64,000 nt of DNA, from positions 160,001 through 224,000 of the forward strand of contig CAWJAX010000005.1 in NCBI GenBank assembly GCA_963841015.1, in the 5' to 3' direction. The position numbers and the translations under genes were made by a program. The notes under the pieces were generated by a model. It was not told the origin of the DNA. It saw only the letters and a list, made by a program, of their open reading frames with translations, and did no database searches. This document shows positions 10,168-21,085 of this stretch, in pieces. Position 1 is the stretch's first letter. Each line of letters opens with the position of its first letter. This stretch comes from an uncultured Methanoregulaceae archaeon (lineage in GTDB: Archaea > Halobacteriota > Methanomicrobia > Methanomicrobiales > Methanospirillaceae).

Positions 10168-10260
10168 GGTGTAGGGTTGTTCAGTGAGAAGAATGGTTGA
10201 TCTCCTGAGCTCCACTCCTTAAAAGGAATAAAATTTCCCTTTATTAGGAAAGGAATACCC

Positions 10261-11596
10261 GTGATTGTAATTCTAGGGGGGGGGCCGGCAGGAAGGATCG
10301 CGTCCATTCGCCTCGCATCCGCAGGTAAAGATGTCCTTCTTATCGAACGAGGGGGTATCGGGGGTCAATGCCTCCATTTTGGATGCATGCCTGTATGTGC
10401 CCTGAATGATGTCGCCCGTTTCGTTCATTCGGCACGTACTTTTAACACCCTGGGAATTATTGATTCAGTTCCTGATATCAGTTTTTCATCGATTTTTTCA
10501 GAGATGCGGAAAATCCAGGAAAAGATCGCTTCTGTTCTGGATACCGAGACCAGATCTGCCGGAGTAAACATTATCTATGGGAAGAGCGGCAGGCTCGAGG
10601 GTAAGGAGGTTTTTGCCGGAGATGAGCAGATAGATGCTGAAGCAGTAATTGCAGCTACAGGTTCACGACCTAATATTCCTGCTTATCGACGGGATAAATC
10701 TCGAGGGAGTATACACCCCCCATACACTCTCTGGTATGAAAGAACTCCCAAAAAAACTGGTGATTGTCGGGGGAAGTGTAATGGCTGCTGAATTCGCTTA
10801 TATTTTTTCCATGTTCGGAAGCGAGGTGACCATTATCAGTCGGAGTGCTTTTCTGAAAAACACCGATAAACATCTCCGTACCATCGCAATCAGGGAACTT
10901 GAAGGGGTAAAAATCAGCGAGAATACAAGCGTACAATCGATATCCGGGAGATCACGTATCCAATCGGTTTGTGTGAGAGCAGATGACAAGGATGCATCGA
11001 TTGATGCTGATGCAGTCCTCATCGCTGCAGGTCTCGTTCCACGCTCCGAAATGCTGAACGGGGTAAAGAAAGGATCTATTGGAGAGGTTATTGTTGATTG
11101 TCACATGCAGACAAGTGTCCGGGATGTGTATGCCTGTGGAGATGTAATCGGTCCCCCATACCTCACCCCCGTTGCCCGTTATCAGGGTATTATCGCAGCC
11201 GATACTATACTTGGCAAACCTCGTACATTGGATATGCAGTACATCCCCCAGTCGATTAACCTTGCCCATGAACTTGCATTTTGCACTCCTGAAACGGAAG
11301 GCGCAGCTTCACTTGCGATTCCCGGGCCTGCAGGACCGGGAACATTCTGGTCGGTCCCCTCCGGAGATACCGGGCTCGCCAAGGTTATGGTTGATCCGGA
11401 TAACGGGGCACTTCAGGGAACCTGCGTGGCAGGGCCGGGGGGAGGGCTCATTGCCGGTTATATGGCATTTCTCATGAAGCGCCATTTTTCTGTTCATGAT
11501 TTTGAGGAGTTTATTGAAGTCCATCCGTCTACGGACGGTGTTTACGGACTGGCAAAATATGCATCTGATATGCTTAAAAAACAGAAAAAATCATAA
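10261..11596 (+). CDS. Pyridine nucleotide-disulfide oxidoreductase, dihydrolipoamide dehydrogenase-like; +1 frameshift near 10684
   Basis: GGGPAG, GGQCLHFGCMP redox disulfide, ATGS, YACGDV, C-terminal HPST. The two ORFs join if one T is removed in cctgct(t)atcgac. Confidence 0.85.
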
Positions 11597-11738
11597 TCGG
11601 ACTTTTTTTCTGTGATCTGATATTCCTGAGTATGAATGCAAATATCAGGTCATTTTTCCGGCACGAAGGCTGAAGGTATTATTACGATAAGGATCGAATA
11701 ATTACGATACATATCATCCCGGCCCCTGGAGTTTTACG

Positions 11739-13268
11739 ATGACCAGTCCAACTGAAAATACAGCTTTTGAACAGACACGGCTTGACAAGATTCGTGTACT
11801 CCAGGATAAAGGTATCATAATCTTCCCGTCTTCGTTTGACCGGCAGCACACGGTGCTCGATATCAAGACCCGCTATGCAGATATCACCCATGAAAAAAGT
11901 ATTGATCCTGTCTCCACTGCCGGCAGGATTTACATTGTCCGGAATCACGGCAAAACCATCTTTGCTGACATCGGGGACGAGAGTGGCAAGATCCAGCTCT
12001 ATATCCGTAAAAACGATCTCGGCGAGGAGCAGTTCGAGCTCTTCAATCAGTTCATCGAGCGGGGAGACATCATTGGGGTTACCGGCCATGTGTTCCGGAC
12101 AAAACTGGGCGAGATCACAATCTGGGTAGATACATTCACTCTCCTGTGCAAGGCTGTCTGCTCCCTGCCCGAGAAGTTCCACGGGCTCACCGATATCGAG
12201 AAACGCTATCGCCAGCGTTACGTCGACCTGATTGTCAACGAGGAAAGCAGGCAGACTTTCCGGAACCGGAGCCGGATTATCTCGTTGATCCGCAAGTATC
12301 TTGATGATCACGGATTCCTCGAGTTCGAGACCCCCATTCTCCAGCCGGTATACGGAGGAGCCAATGCCCGGCCTTTCACCTCCTACCATAACTTCCTTGA
12401 CCAGAAACTTTTCCTCCGTATTGCTCCGGAACTCTATTTGAAACGACTCGTTGTTGGGGGGTTCGAGAAGGTCTTCGAGATCGCCCGGAACTTCCGGAAC
12501 GAAGCGGTAGACACCGATCACAATCCTGAGTTTTCAATGGTGGAGATCTACTGGGCGTACCAGGACTTCAAGGACATGATGGCCCTGACCGAGGACATCA
12601 TCTCATCCATCGTCTTTGAGATCCACGGGAAATACGAGATCCCATACGGCGAGACCACTCTTGACTTCAAGGCACCATGGAAGAAACTCTCGATGACAGA
12701 TTCTGTGTGGGAGGTTGCCGGCATCGACATCTTTACCCATTCAGTTGACGACCTCCGGAAGCTCGCACATCAGCACCGGCTTGAGGACTGGGAGAAACTC
12801 AGTACCCATCGGGAGTTCCTTGTAGCATTCTTTGAAGGACTTGTTGAAGAGAAGCTGATCCAGCCGACCTTTATCTACGATTACCCGGTTGAGAACTCCC
12901 CGCTTGCGAAACGCCACCGCACCAAAGAAGGTTTCACCGAGCGATTCGAGCTCTTCATCAGCGGCATGGAAGTTGGCAACGGTTTCTCGGAACTGAACGA
13001 TCCGGTCGACCAGAAAGCCCGGTTCGAGGAACAGGACGAGAAGCGGCGGCTGGGTGATGTGGAGGCACAGATGATTGATTACGATTTCATCAATGCCATA
13101 GGTTATGGAATGCCCCCGACCGGGGGTGTTGGTATCGGTATTGACCGGCTGGTAATGCTCGTGACAAACAATAATTCCATCAAAGAAGTAATCCTGTTCC
13201 CCTCAATGAAGAAAATTCAGGCGGGAGAGGATGACACAGAACATTCTGCGGAAAAAGAAGAACGTTAA
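11739..13268 (+). CDS. lysS: Lysyl-tRNA synthetase, class II
   Basis: OB fold, YRQRYVDL, GGANARPF, LRIAPELYLK, FRNE, HNPEF, YGMPPTGGVGIGIDRL. Confidence 0.97.
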   Translation: MTSPTENTAFEQTRLDKIRVLQDKGIIIFPSSFDRQHTVLDIKTRYADITHEKSIDPVSTAGRIYIVRNHGKTIFADIGDESGKIQLYIRKNDLGEEQFELFNQFIERGDIIGVTGHVFRTKLGEITIWVDTFTLLCKAVCSLPEKFHGLTDIEKRYRQRYVDLIVNEESRQTFRNRSRIISLIRKYLDDHGFLEFETPILQPVYGGANARPFTSYHNFLDQKLFLRIAPELYLKRLVVGGFEKVFEIARNFRNEAVDTDHNPEFSMVEIYWAYQDFKDMMALTEDIISSIVFEIHGKYEIPYGETTLDFKAPWKKLSMTDSVWEVAGIDIFTHSVDDLRKLAHQHRLEDWEKLSTHREFLVAFFEGLVEEKLIQPTFIYDYPVENSPLAKRHRTKEGFTERFELFISGMEVGNGFSELNDPVDQKARFEEQDEKRRLGDVEAQMIDYDFINAIGYGMPPTGGVGIGIDRLVMLVTNNNSIKEVILFPSMKKIQAGEDDTEHSAEKEER

Positions 13269-13301
13269 ATTTTTTATAATTTTTCTATTTTTAAAAAATG
13301 C

Positions 13302-13781
13302 TTACTTATGGTACGGTTCACCACTTTTGATTTTACATGCCCGGTAGATCTGCTCAATCAGAACGAGCCGGATCATCTGGTGTGTAAATGTCATCAGCGA
13401 GAGTGAAAGCAGGACATTACTTCTCGCGATAACAGAATCAGAAAGCCCCAGATCCCCGCCAATCACAAACGTAATCTGATTCTTCCCGGCGATTTCATAC
13501 CGGCGGAGGTTTTCCGCCAGAGTCTCACTTGACCAGCAAACCCCATTACTATCAAGGACAATCACAAAACTATCCTTGGGGATGGCTGCAAGAATACGAA
13601 CCCCCTCCCCGTTTTTAACCAGGGTATCCTGAGAGGGTGACTGGCTGGCACCCCTTTTTTCTTCCGCAACCTCAAGGATATTCAGTTTCACGTAAGGGGG
13701 CAGACGTTTTTTGTATTCTGCAATACCCTCCTGCAAATACTTTTCCTTAAGTTTACCGACAGCGATTATGAGAATCTGCAT
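13302..13781 (-). CDS. rlmH: 23S rRNA m3-pseudouridine-1915 methyltransferase (SPOUT)
   Basis: AVGKLKE, FVIGGDLGL, LSLS.MTFTHQMIRLVLIEQIYRA, EPYHK C-terminus. Confidence 0.93.
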   Translation of the reverse strand: MQILIIAVGKLKEKYLQEGIAEYKKRLPPYVKLNILEVAEEKRGASQSPSQDTLVKNGEGVRILAAIPKDSFVIVLDSNGVCWSSETLAENLRRYEIAGKNQITFVIGGDLGLSDSVIARSNVLLSLSLMTFTHQMIRLVLIEQIYRACKIKSGEPYHK

Positions 13782-13837
13782 GAATCTGCCAACATAGTAA
13801 CTGGTGGATTTCCCTGCTGCTCTATGATAAAAAAATA

Positions 13838-15060
13838 TTATCCGAATATCTTTTTTGATTGTTCAAGTGCATCAACAGCCGGGAGCTTTTTCCGGTCAGA
13901 AACTCTATGCAGGCCCCGCCACCCGTAGAGATATGGGTGAAATCCTTTTCAATGCCAAGTTTTTCAATAACTGCTGCGGTGTGCCCGCCACCAATAACGG
14001 AAAACTCAACCTGTGATGCAGCCCTGAGTAGTTCGTAGGTTCCCGTTGCAAAGTCGGCATCTTCAAAGACTCCGGCAGGTCCGTTAAAGACAACAGTACC
14101 TGCCTTTTTAAGAACCTGAACCAGGGACGCAAGAGCATCCATCCCCAGGTCGAGAACGGGGGTATCTTCAGGAATCCTGTCAATGGGATATTCGACACGA
14201 TGATTATCCTGCCTGACTGCAACAGATTCCGGTATTACCACGCGGTCACGGTACAGGGAAAGGATCTCCTTTGCCTTTTCGATTTCCGGCTGGTATTTAA
14301 GTTGGGCAATCAGCTGGGTTGAGGGCTTACCGATATTGTAGCCGGAGGCAATCAAAAAGACATTTGCAACAACACCGATCACCATGACCTGATCAGCAAT
14401 ACCATTCGCCAGCACATGCCGCGCTACATCAATAGAATCATCCACCTTCGTTCCACCAAGAACCATACAGACAGGGCGGGGTGCCCCCGAAAAGACTTTG
14501 GAGAGTGTCGCCACTTCCTTTTCCATAAGGAGGCCCCCCGCTGATCGCATTGCAAGAGGGAGACCCACGATGGTTGGTTGTGAGCGGTGAGCGGTACCAA
14601 ATGCATCGTTTACAAAAACATCAGCCATTGAGGACAGTTTTCTTACCAGATGTGTCTTTTTTGCTTCTTCCGGTTTCAGGGTCAGGTTCTCTTCTGCATT
14701 AAACCTGACATTTTCCAGCATCAAAACGTCGCCAACCTTCATGGCATGCACACCTTCTCTGGCATGACGCCCGAATATGCCATCAACGTACTTGACCGGT
14801 TTTCCCAGAAGCTGCTCGAGCTTCTCTGCATGTGCTTCAAGCGTAGTGAAATCTTTTTTCCCGGGTCTGCTCTGGTGAGTGACAATTACCACCCGACTAT
14901 CAGAAAGGGCACGTATTGTCGGAAGGTGCTCACGGAACCGTTTGTCATCAAGAATAATGTTGGAGGTGGGATCGATGGGAGAGTTGAGATCGAGCCTGAG
15001 GAGGACCGTTTTCCCATTGCACCCCAGATCCCTGATGGTTCCAATCTGCATCCAGAACAC
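13838..15060 (-). CDS. pgk: Phosphoglycerate kinase; -1 frameshift in an A-run near the 3' end (13887-13891)
   Basis: RLDLNSP, LENVRF, NDAFGTAHR, NGPAGVFE, HISTGGGA. Adding one A restores GKKLPAVDALEQSKKIFG* ending at 13838. Confidence 0.93.
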
Positions 15061-15069
15061 CTTACCGAT

Positions 15070-15699
15070 TTATGATGTACTCCTCGCTTTAATTCTTTTC
15101 ATCCGGAAGAGCTCTTCACGCTCCATCTCGTCGAGGCGCATCTTGATAAAGTCCCGGGCTCCGGTTAGTTCGGGAATTACTTTGTATTCGAGGGCATTTA
15201 CCCTCCTTTTTGTCTTTTCAATCTCATCAAGCAGACGCTTCATGGTTGTCTCGACCTCGGCGCTCTGGATGATCGATTCGACAAGATCCTCAAAGGCGGA
15301 TGCCGTTTCATCGATCACCGTTGACGTACCCAGCACCCCATACCCTCGATCCACGAGGCTCTTCTTTACCTTGGATGACTCAATCTGGGGGACGATGACT
15401 CCCATGATATTCTTGCTCTTCAGGGTTATCTCGGGGACTTCCTTTACCGAGAACGCCGCAGACTTAACCCCAATGGCACCTTCAACGGTGTTTGCAAGTG
15501 CCATCATCTCTACTGCACGCTGGTGCCGCACCAGGAGTTCTCCCTTGGTGTCCTTTGCATTGGCAAGGATCTTGAAAAATTCCAGGATAAGTCCGTCGCG
15601 CTTCATCTTGAGGATCTTGTAGCCGCGTTCGGAGAGCTGGATCTTCCGCTTCAGGTTGATCAGTTCTGACCGGGTCGGCTTAATATCTCGCAGCGCCAT
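15070..15699 (-). CDS. atpD: A1Ao ATP synthase subunit D
   Basis: KPTRSEL...GYKILKMKRD, TKRRVNALE. Confidence 0.96.
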   Translation of the reverse strand: MALRDIKPTRSELINLKRKIQLSERGYKILKMKRDGLILEFFKILANAKDTKGELLVRHQRAVEMMALANTVEGAIGVKSAAFSVKEVPEITLKSKNIMGVIVPQIESSKVKKSLVDRGYGVLGTSTVIDETASAFEDLVESIIQSAEVETTMKRLLDEIEKTKRRVNALEYKVIPELTGARDFIKMRLDEMEREELFRMKRIKARSTS

Positions 15700-15705
15700 G
15701 GACTT

Positions 15706-17094
15706 TTACTCCTTCTTGGCACCGGCCTTCATCTTGGGGTGGTACTTGTTGATCAGATCGCGGTCAATACGAGTCAGCTGCTCAACCGGCAGCGTCGAGA
15801 GAAGATCCCAGCCTAGGGTCAGGGTATCTTCTATGGTTCGATCCTCGTCATATCCCTGGCGGACAAAGCGGTTCTCAAAGATATCTGCAAACTCGAGGAG
15901 CAGGCGGTCCCGCTCAGAGAGGGCATCCTTACCAACGATAGCCACGAGACCCCGGAGATCGTTTCCTTCCGCGTAGCCGGCATACATCTGGTCGGAGACT
16001 TTCTTGTGGTCTTCCCGCGTATGTCCCTTTCCGATACCGAGGTTCATCAACCGCGAGAGGGAGGGCAGCACATTGATTGGCGGGTATATACCCTTTCGGT
16101 GCAACTCCCGGTTGACCACAATCTGGCCTTCGGTAATATACCCGGTCAGGTCAGGGATCGGATGGGTGATATCGTCACCAGGCATAGTCAGGATCGGGAT
16201 CTGGGTGACCGAGCCCTTCAGGCCCTTGATCATACCGGCACGCTCGTAAATACAGGCAAGGTCCGTGTACATGTATCCCGGATACCCACGGCGTCCGGGT
16301 ACTTCTTCCCGGGCTGCACCGATCTGGCGGAGTGCCTCGCAATAGTTGGTCATATCCGTCAGGATAACAAGCACGTGCATACCCAGCTCAAAAGCAAGGT
16401 ATTCAGCAGTGGTGAGGGCGAGCCGCGGGGTGATGATACGCTCGACAGCCGGGTCATCTGCAAGGTTGAGGAAGACTACCGCCCGTTCGAGTGCACCGGT
16501 GCGCTCGAAGTCCTGCATGAAATAATTTGCTTCTTCTTTCGTTATACCCATCGCTGCAAAGACGACGGCGAAACTCTCGGTCGAGCCGGGCACTTTTGCC
16601 TGCCGTGCGATCTGCAGCGCGACTTTGTTATGAGGAAGACCGGCTCCCGAGAAGATCGGGAGCTTCTGGCCACGGACAAGAGTATTCGTACCGTCAATAG
16701 TCGAAATACCGGTCTGGATGAAATCTGCAGGCATACCTCTCGCGTAAGGGTTAATTGCAGCGCCGGTGATATCGAGGCGTTTCTCCGGGACAATCTCCGG
16801 ACCGCCATCAATAGGTTTACCGCCACCGGACAGGATACGGCCGAGCATTTCACGACCCACGGGCATCTTGATGGTCTCACCGGTGAAACGGACACCACTA
16901 TCCCTGCCGATACCGGTCGTAGTCTCGAAGATCTGGACCACTACCAGTTCATCGCTTGTGTCGAGAACCTGACCACGCTTGGTCGAGCCGTCGGAAAGAA
17001 CAATGTGCACAAGTTCTCCGTAGGCAATCGGCTCGGTCTTCTCGACAAAAACGAGAGGACCTGCAATCTTATTGATCGTCCTGTATTCCTTCAT
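15706..17094 (-). CDS. atpB: A1Ao ATP synthase subunit B
   Basis: [38 protein letters not shown]. Confidence 0.97.
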   Translation of the reverse strand: MKEYRTINKIAGPLVFVEKTEPIAYGELVHIVLSDGSTKRGQVLDTSDELVVVQIFETTTGIGRDSGVRFTGETIKMPVGREMLGRILSGGGKPIDGGPEIVPEKRLDITGAAINPYARGMPADFIQTGISTIDGTNTLVRGQKLPIFSGAGLPHNKVALQIARQAKVPGSTESFAVVFAAMGITKEEANYFMQDFERTGALERAVVFLNLADDPAVERIITPRLALTTAEYLAFELGMHVLVILTDMTNYCEALRQIGAAREEVPGRRGYPGYMYTDLACIYERAGMIKGLKGSVTQIPILTMPGDDITHPIPDLTGYITEGQIVVNRELHRKGIYPPINVLPSLSRLMNLGIGKGHTREDHKKVSDQMYAGYAEGNDLRGLVAIVGKDALSERDRLLLEFADIFENRFVRQGYDEDRTIEDTLTLGWDLLSTLPVEQLTRIDRDLINKYHPKMKAGAKKE

Positions 17095-18857
17095 GCTGCC
17101 GACCTCAGTGTGTTGAACTCAGCGTCCATCTGTTTTTCGATTTTCGCCAGTTCAGGCTTGTAGTCCTTGATGAACTTGATCTGGGGCAGCTCGTTCTTTG
17201 CCTTGACCCCGTTGATCTGTGTAGGGCTGACACCGGCAATCTGGGCGGCGTAGGCAAGTTCGGCGAAGAGCTTGATCGCCTTCATCATGTCGTACTGTTT
17301 TGTCATGTCGCAGAACGTGTCAACAGCGTCATACGCGTTCTGCTGGAGGAAGATTTCACGGATCATACGGGCGACTTCGATAGTCACCTGTTCTGACTCC
17401 GGCAGGGCGTCGGAACCGACGAGCTGCACGATTTCCTGGAGCTCCGCCTCTTTTTGCAGGACTTCCATTGCCCACGAGCGGATCTTGTTCCACTCGGGGG
17501 AGACTTCCTTGTCATAATAGTCCTGCAGTGCTTCAAGATAGAGGGAGTAGGAGTTGAGCCAGTTGATAGCCGGGAAGTGCCGGCGCTGGGAAAGCTTCGC
17601 ATCCAGTGCCCAAAATACCTTGACGATACGAAGAGTGTTCTGGGTAACCGGCTCGGAGAAATCACCACCTGGCGGCGAGACCGCACCTATGACAGAAACC
17701 GACCCTGATGCTCCGTTCAGGGTCTCGACAAGACCGGCACGCTCGTAAAACTCGGAGAGCCGGGCTGCGAGATATGCAGGATACCCTTCTTCTCCCGGCA
17801 TCTCTTCGAGTCGGGATGAGATCTCACGCATCGCTTCAGCCCAGCGGGAAGTCGAATCTGCCATCAGCGAGACATCGTAGCCCATGTCACGGAAGTATTC
17901 CGCGATCGTAATACCGGTATACACTGATGCTTCACGGGCCGCAACCGGCATGTTGGAAGTGTTTGCAATAAGTACGGTCCTCTCCATGAGCGGTTTACCG
18001 GACTTCGGGTCCTCGAGGTGCGGGAACTCCGTAAGGACTTCCGTCATCTCATTGCCACGTTCACCGCAGCCGATATAGACCACGATCTCGGCATCCGACC
18101 ACTTGGCCAGCTGCTGCTGGGTGACGGTCTTACCACTCCCGAATGGGCCGGGGATTGCAGCTGTGCCACCCTTTGCTATAGGGAAGAGACCATCGAGGAT
18201 ACGTTGACCAGTGATCAGCGGGATCGTCGGATTCTTCTTTTCTTTTACAGGACGCGGGACACGGACCGGCCAGCGCTGGATCATCGGGTACTCGCGGCCA
18301 TCGTCAAGGACGCAAATCGTCTCGTCAACGGTGAAGTCCCCGTTCCTGATCGTTTTGACAATACCTGCCTTCACATTGGGAGGAAGCATGACCTTATGGA
18401 CGATGTTTGTCTCCTGGACTTCACCAAGGATTGCTCCCGGTTCGACCGAATCCCCTGATTTTACGACAGGCTTGAATGTCCATTTCTTCTCATGCGAAAG
18501 CCCTGGCGCCGAGACACCACGCTCGATGAAATTGCCCATCTTATCCACAAGGACCGCGAGGGGTCGCTGGATCCCGTCGTAGATACTGGTCAGGAGACCT
18601 GGACCCAGTTCAACTGCAAGTGAGAGGCCGGTGTTTTCAACCGGTTCACCGGGCCGGATACCGGAGGTATCTTCGTAAACCTGGATGATGATGCTGTCAC
18701 CCTGGATCTTGATGACTTCTCCCATCAGCGCTTCTTTTCCTACCTTCACCACATCGTACATGTGGGCGTCAAGATTGACTGCCGTAACGACAGGTCCGGC
18801 GATTCTTTTGAGAACCCCTTGTTTCTGCTCTTTTGCTTTTTTGGTTTTTACTTCCAC
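17091..18857 (-). CDS. atpA: A1Ao ATP synthase subunit A (no intein)
   Basis: GPFGSGKT Walker [19 protein letters not shown]. Confidence 0.97.
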   Translation of the reverse strand: MEVKTKKAKEQKQGVLKRIAGPVVTAVNLDAHMYDVVKVGKEALMGEVIKIQGDSIIIQVYEDTSGIRPGEPVENTGLSLAVELGPGLLTSIYDGIQRPLAVLVDKMGNFIERGVSAPGLSHEKKWTFKPVVKSGDSVEPGAILGEVQETNIVHKVMLPPNVKAGIVKTIRNGDFTVDETICVLDDGREYPMIQRWPVRVPRPVKEKKNPTIPLITGQRILDGLFPIAKGGTAAIPGPFGSGKTVTQQQLAKWSDAEIVVYIGCGERGNEMTEVLTEFPHLEDPKSGKPLMERTVLIANTSNMPVAAREASVYTGITIAEYFRDMGYDVSLMADSTSRWAEAMREISSRLEEMPGEEGYPAYLAARLSEFYERAGLVETLNGASGSVSVIGAVSPPGGDFSEPVTQNTLRIVKVFWALDAKLSQRRHFPAINWLNSYSLYLEALQDYYDKEVSPEWNKIRSWAMEVLQKEAELQEIVQLVGSDALPESEQVTIEVARMIREIFLQQNAYDAVDTFCDMTKQYDMMKAIKLFAELAYAAQIAGVSPTQINGVKAKNELPQIKFIKDYKPELAKIEKQMDAEFNTLRSAA

Positions 18858-19150
18858 AAATCAACACCCACCGATCTCTTGATTCTATCTCTCATAGACA
18901 ATCCCCCTTCCTCGCCACCGATCGCGATCACGGTGGGTTTCACGGAGTTTTCAAGGGTAGTCCGAAGTCTCCGGGGAACGCGGTCCATATCGCTGCTGTT
19001 GAGTACGAGAATGCCAACATTGCCATCATGGAGGACATTGTTGATGTATTCATTGAGTTTCTCGTCATTTTCTGCAGCGTATGTCTTTTTTATACCAGCA
19101 AGCCGGAACCCAAGAATGAACTCGCTGTTACCAATGACTGCAATCTCCAT
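18848..19150 (-). CDS. atpF: A1Ao ATP synthase subunit F
   Basis: IAVIG...[15 protein letters not shown]. Confidence 0.95.
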   Translation of the reverse strand: MEIAVIGNSEFILGFRLAGIKKTYAAENDEKLNEYINNVLHDGNVGILVLNSSDMDRVPRRLRTTLENSVKPTVIAIGGEEGGLSMRDRIKRSVGVDLWK

Positions 19151-20206
19151 TTACACCACCAGATATTCTGCTATCCTCTCGGACGGAAGTTTCGATTCCT
19201 TTCCTCTGGCAAGCGCCCGGAGATTAAAGACTTCATACTTTTTCTTTTCCAGGTAAACAAGGATGGGATGAATCGAGAACGGGTTGCGCTTCGACAAGCG
19301 CTCCATCTGTTCCAGTTGAACACGGGTCAGCCTGCTCTCAACATCATGTATCACTTTTTCACTTTTCAGCTCATCAAGGAGTGATATTAAGAGATTGTTA
19401 CGAATTTTTTCTTTGAGCTGATCGATAAACTCGGCCTGGTCGCGAACGGTATTTAAATTTGTAAAATCCGCAGCAGAAAGAACGCCACCGGCAATATACA
19501 TCTCACGGGCGTCTTCCTCAAAAGTGTCCATTCGCAACCGGAAGAGAGTCTTGATATTCCGGATGTCAATATCAAACCTGATGAAATCGAGGAACTGGTT
19601 TCCTCCTTTGATTCCGCTTTCTGCTTCCGCAATAATCTCAGAGAAGAACTGTTTATAGAGCTCATTTTCCATCCGGGAGAACGAGCCGCTCTCTTTGGCA
19701 GCCGGGTACTCACGGGAGATGACCATGTATATCCGGTTCCCTTTGAGGGCTTCGATGATCCTTTCGGGATTGTCTTCTGCCAAAAGACGGTCGAGGGTGT
19801 CCCGATCCAGACTACCCGCCGGAACTAAGATCTCCTTGATCTTCCCCACCTTCTCTCCCTGCATCTTGCCCCGCAGGATGGTGAGAACGTTCTGGATATC
19901 CCAGCGGCGGAGATATGAGCGGGTGAACTGTTTTAAGTTTCCCGGGGTGATCTCCAGGATCTTCTGGTATTCTTTGGCAAGGTTCCAGCTCAGGGCAACT
20001 TCTATGAGGTCGATCCCTTTAAAGACCGTGCTCAGCTCATCGATCTCATCTTTATATTCAGTTTCCTGGATAATACGGGTGATTTCCGGGAGGCTCATAT
20101 TGAGCATCCTCATGTACTCCTCGCGGGGAATGAGCTTCGATTTTCTTACCCGCATCCTGGTACAAACGTAAATGTATGGTGCAAAGACACTTTTCACTGC
20201 AACCAT
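19151..20206 (-). CDS. atpC: A1Ao ATP synthase subunit C
   Basis: Position in operon; RWDIQNV.TILRG, EV.NLRALARG. Confidence 0.93.
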   Translation of the reverse strand: MVAVKSVFAPYIYVCTRMRVRKSKLIPREEYMRMLNMSLPEITRIIQETEYKDEIDELSTVFKGIDLIEVALSWNLAKEYQKILEITPGNLKQFTRSYLRRWDIQNVLTILRGKMQGEKVGKIKEILVPAGSLDRDTLDRLLAEDNPERIIEALKGNRIYMVISREYPAAKESGSFSRMENELYKQFFSEIIAEAESGIKGGNQFLDFIRFDIDIRNIKTLFRLRMDTFEEDAREMYIAGGVLSAADFTNLNTVRDQAEFIDQLKEKIRNNLLISLLDELKSEKVIHDVESRLTRVQLEQMERLSKRNPFSIHPILVYLEKKKYEVFNLRALARGKESKLPSERIAEYLVV

Positions 20207-20218
20207 CGTCGTACCCCC

Positions 20219-20797
20219 TTAACCAAACAGGATGTCAGATGCATCTTTCAACCCGGATTCCCACACCTTTGCAAGGAATGTGCGGTAACTGTAATCAATC
20301 TGCAATTCTCCTCCATCACCTTCCACAAGGACTCCCCCGTCGATATCGACGGGTGTCCCGACTTTGAATTTGGCAAATTCAGGAGTCTCAGAGATGACAG
20401 CTTTGACGGCTGCCATATCCCGTTTGTTGCAATAAATTTTACCTTGTGAAATCTCCTTATGTGCCTCGGTGAGGAGTTTTTTGATGGCTTCGCGATGGAA
20501 GCTTTCAGGGAGACCGGCAATCTCGATTAGCACTGTTTCGTAAACTTTATCGAGCAGTTCCTTCTGTGTGTTTAGGAGCTCCCGTTTGACAAGCAGGTTG
20601 GCTGCAGACGCTTCCTGATCGATGATATGCGTTGTCTGCTTGACTGATTCTGCCTCTGCCGTGAGTTTGATCTCTCCGGCACGCTTCCCGGCTGCTGCAA
20701 GGATTTGGTCAGTTTCCTGCTTTGACTCTGCACGTATCTTTTCTGCTTCCTTTTTGCCTTTTTCCCTGATTTCTTCAACAACGGCTTCCAGTCCCAT
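20219..20797 (-). CDS. atpE: A1Ao ATP synthase subunit E (start reassigned to MGLEAVV at 20797)
   Basis: Coiled-coil N-terminus, IDGGVLVE...IDYSY. Confidence 0.93.
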   Translation of the reverse strand: MGLEAVVEEIREKGKKEAEKIRAESKQETDQILAAAGKRAGEIKLTAEAESVKQTTHIIDQEASAANLLVKRELLNTQKELLDKVYETVLIEIAGLPESFHREAIKKLLTEAHKEISQGKIYCNKRDMAAVKAVISETPEFAKFKVGTPVDIDGGVLVEGDGGELQIDYSYRTFLAKVWESGLKDASDILFG

Positions 20798-20810
20798 TGT
20801 CTGCCCCGAT

Positions 20811-21083
20811 TTAGAACAACAGCAGGAGAGCGACGACAAGTCCGAAAATGACGATTGTTTCCGGAATGACCGTAAGGAGCAGGACAAGCCCGAACACGTC
20901 TTTGTTTTCCGCGGTTGCACCAACTGCTGCAGAACCTATCGCCATTTCAGCGATACCTGAAGCAATACCGGTTAATCCAACGGCTAAGCCTGCGCCAATA
21001 GCCTTCATTCCCATCTGCGATGCCTTCATCAATTCAACATCTGTAATTACTGATGCTGCTGCTGCTACAACTTCTGCTGCCAT
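20811..21083 (-). CDS. atpK: A1Ao ATP synthase proteolipid subunit K (single hairpin)
   Basis: Two TM helices, conserved IPET carboxylate. Confidence 0.95.
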   Translation of the reverse strand: MAAEVVAAAASVITDVELMKASQMGMKAIGAGLAVGLTGIASGIAEMAIGSAAVGATAENKDVFGLVLLLTVIPETIVIFGLVVALLLLF

Positions 21084-21085
21084 TT

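Noticed and set aside
13270-13330. rlmH 3' end as an SCCmec-like integration site
   Set aside because: It abuts the convergent lysS terminator region directly, with no inserted DNA or recombinase.
11682-18582. Long antisense ORFs (e.g. 11682-12521, 14879-15622, 16006-17163)
   Set aside because: They are shadows of lysS and atp genes with strong codon bias and show no recognisable motifs.
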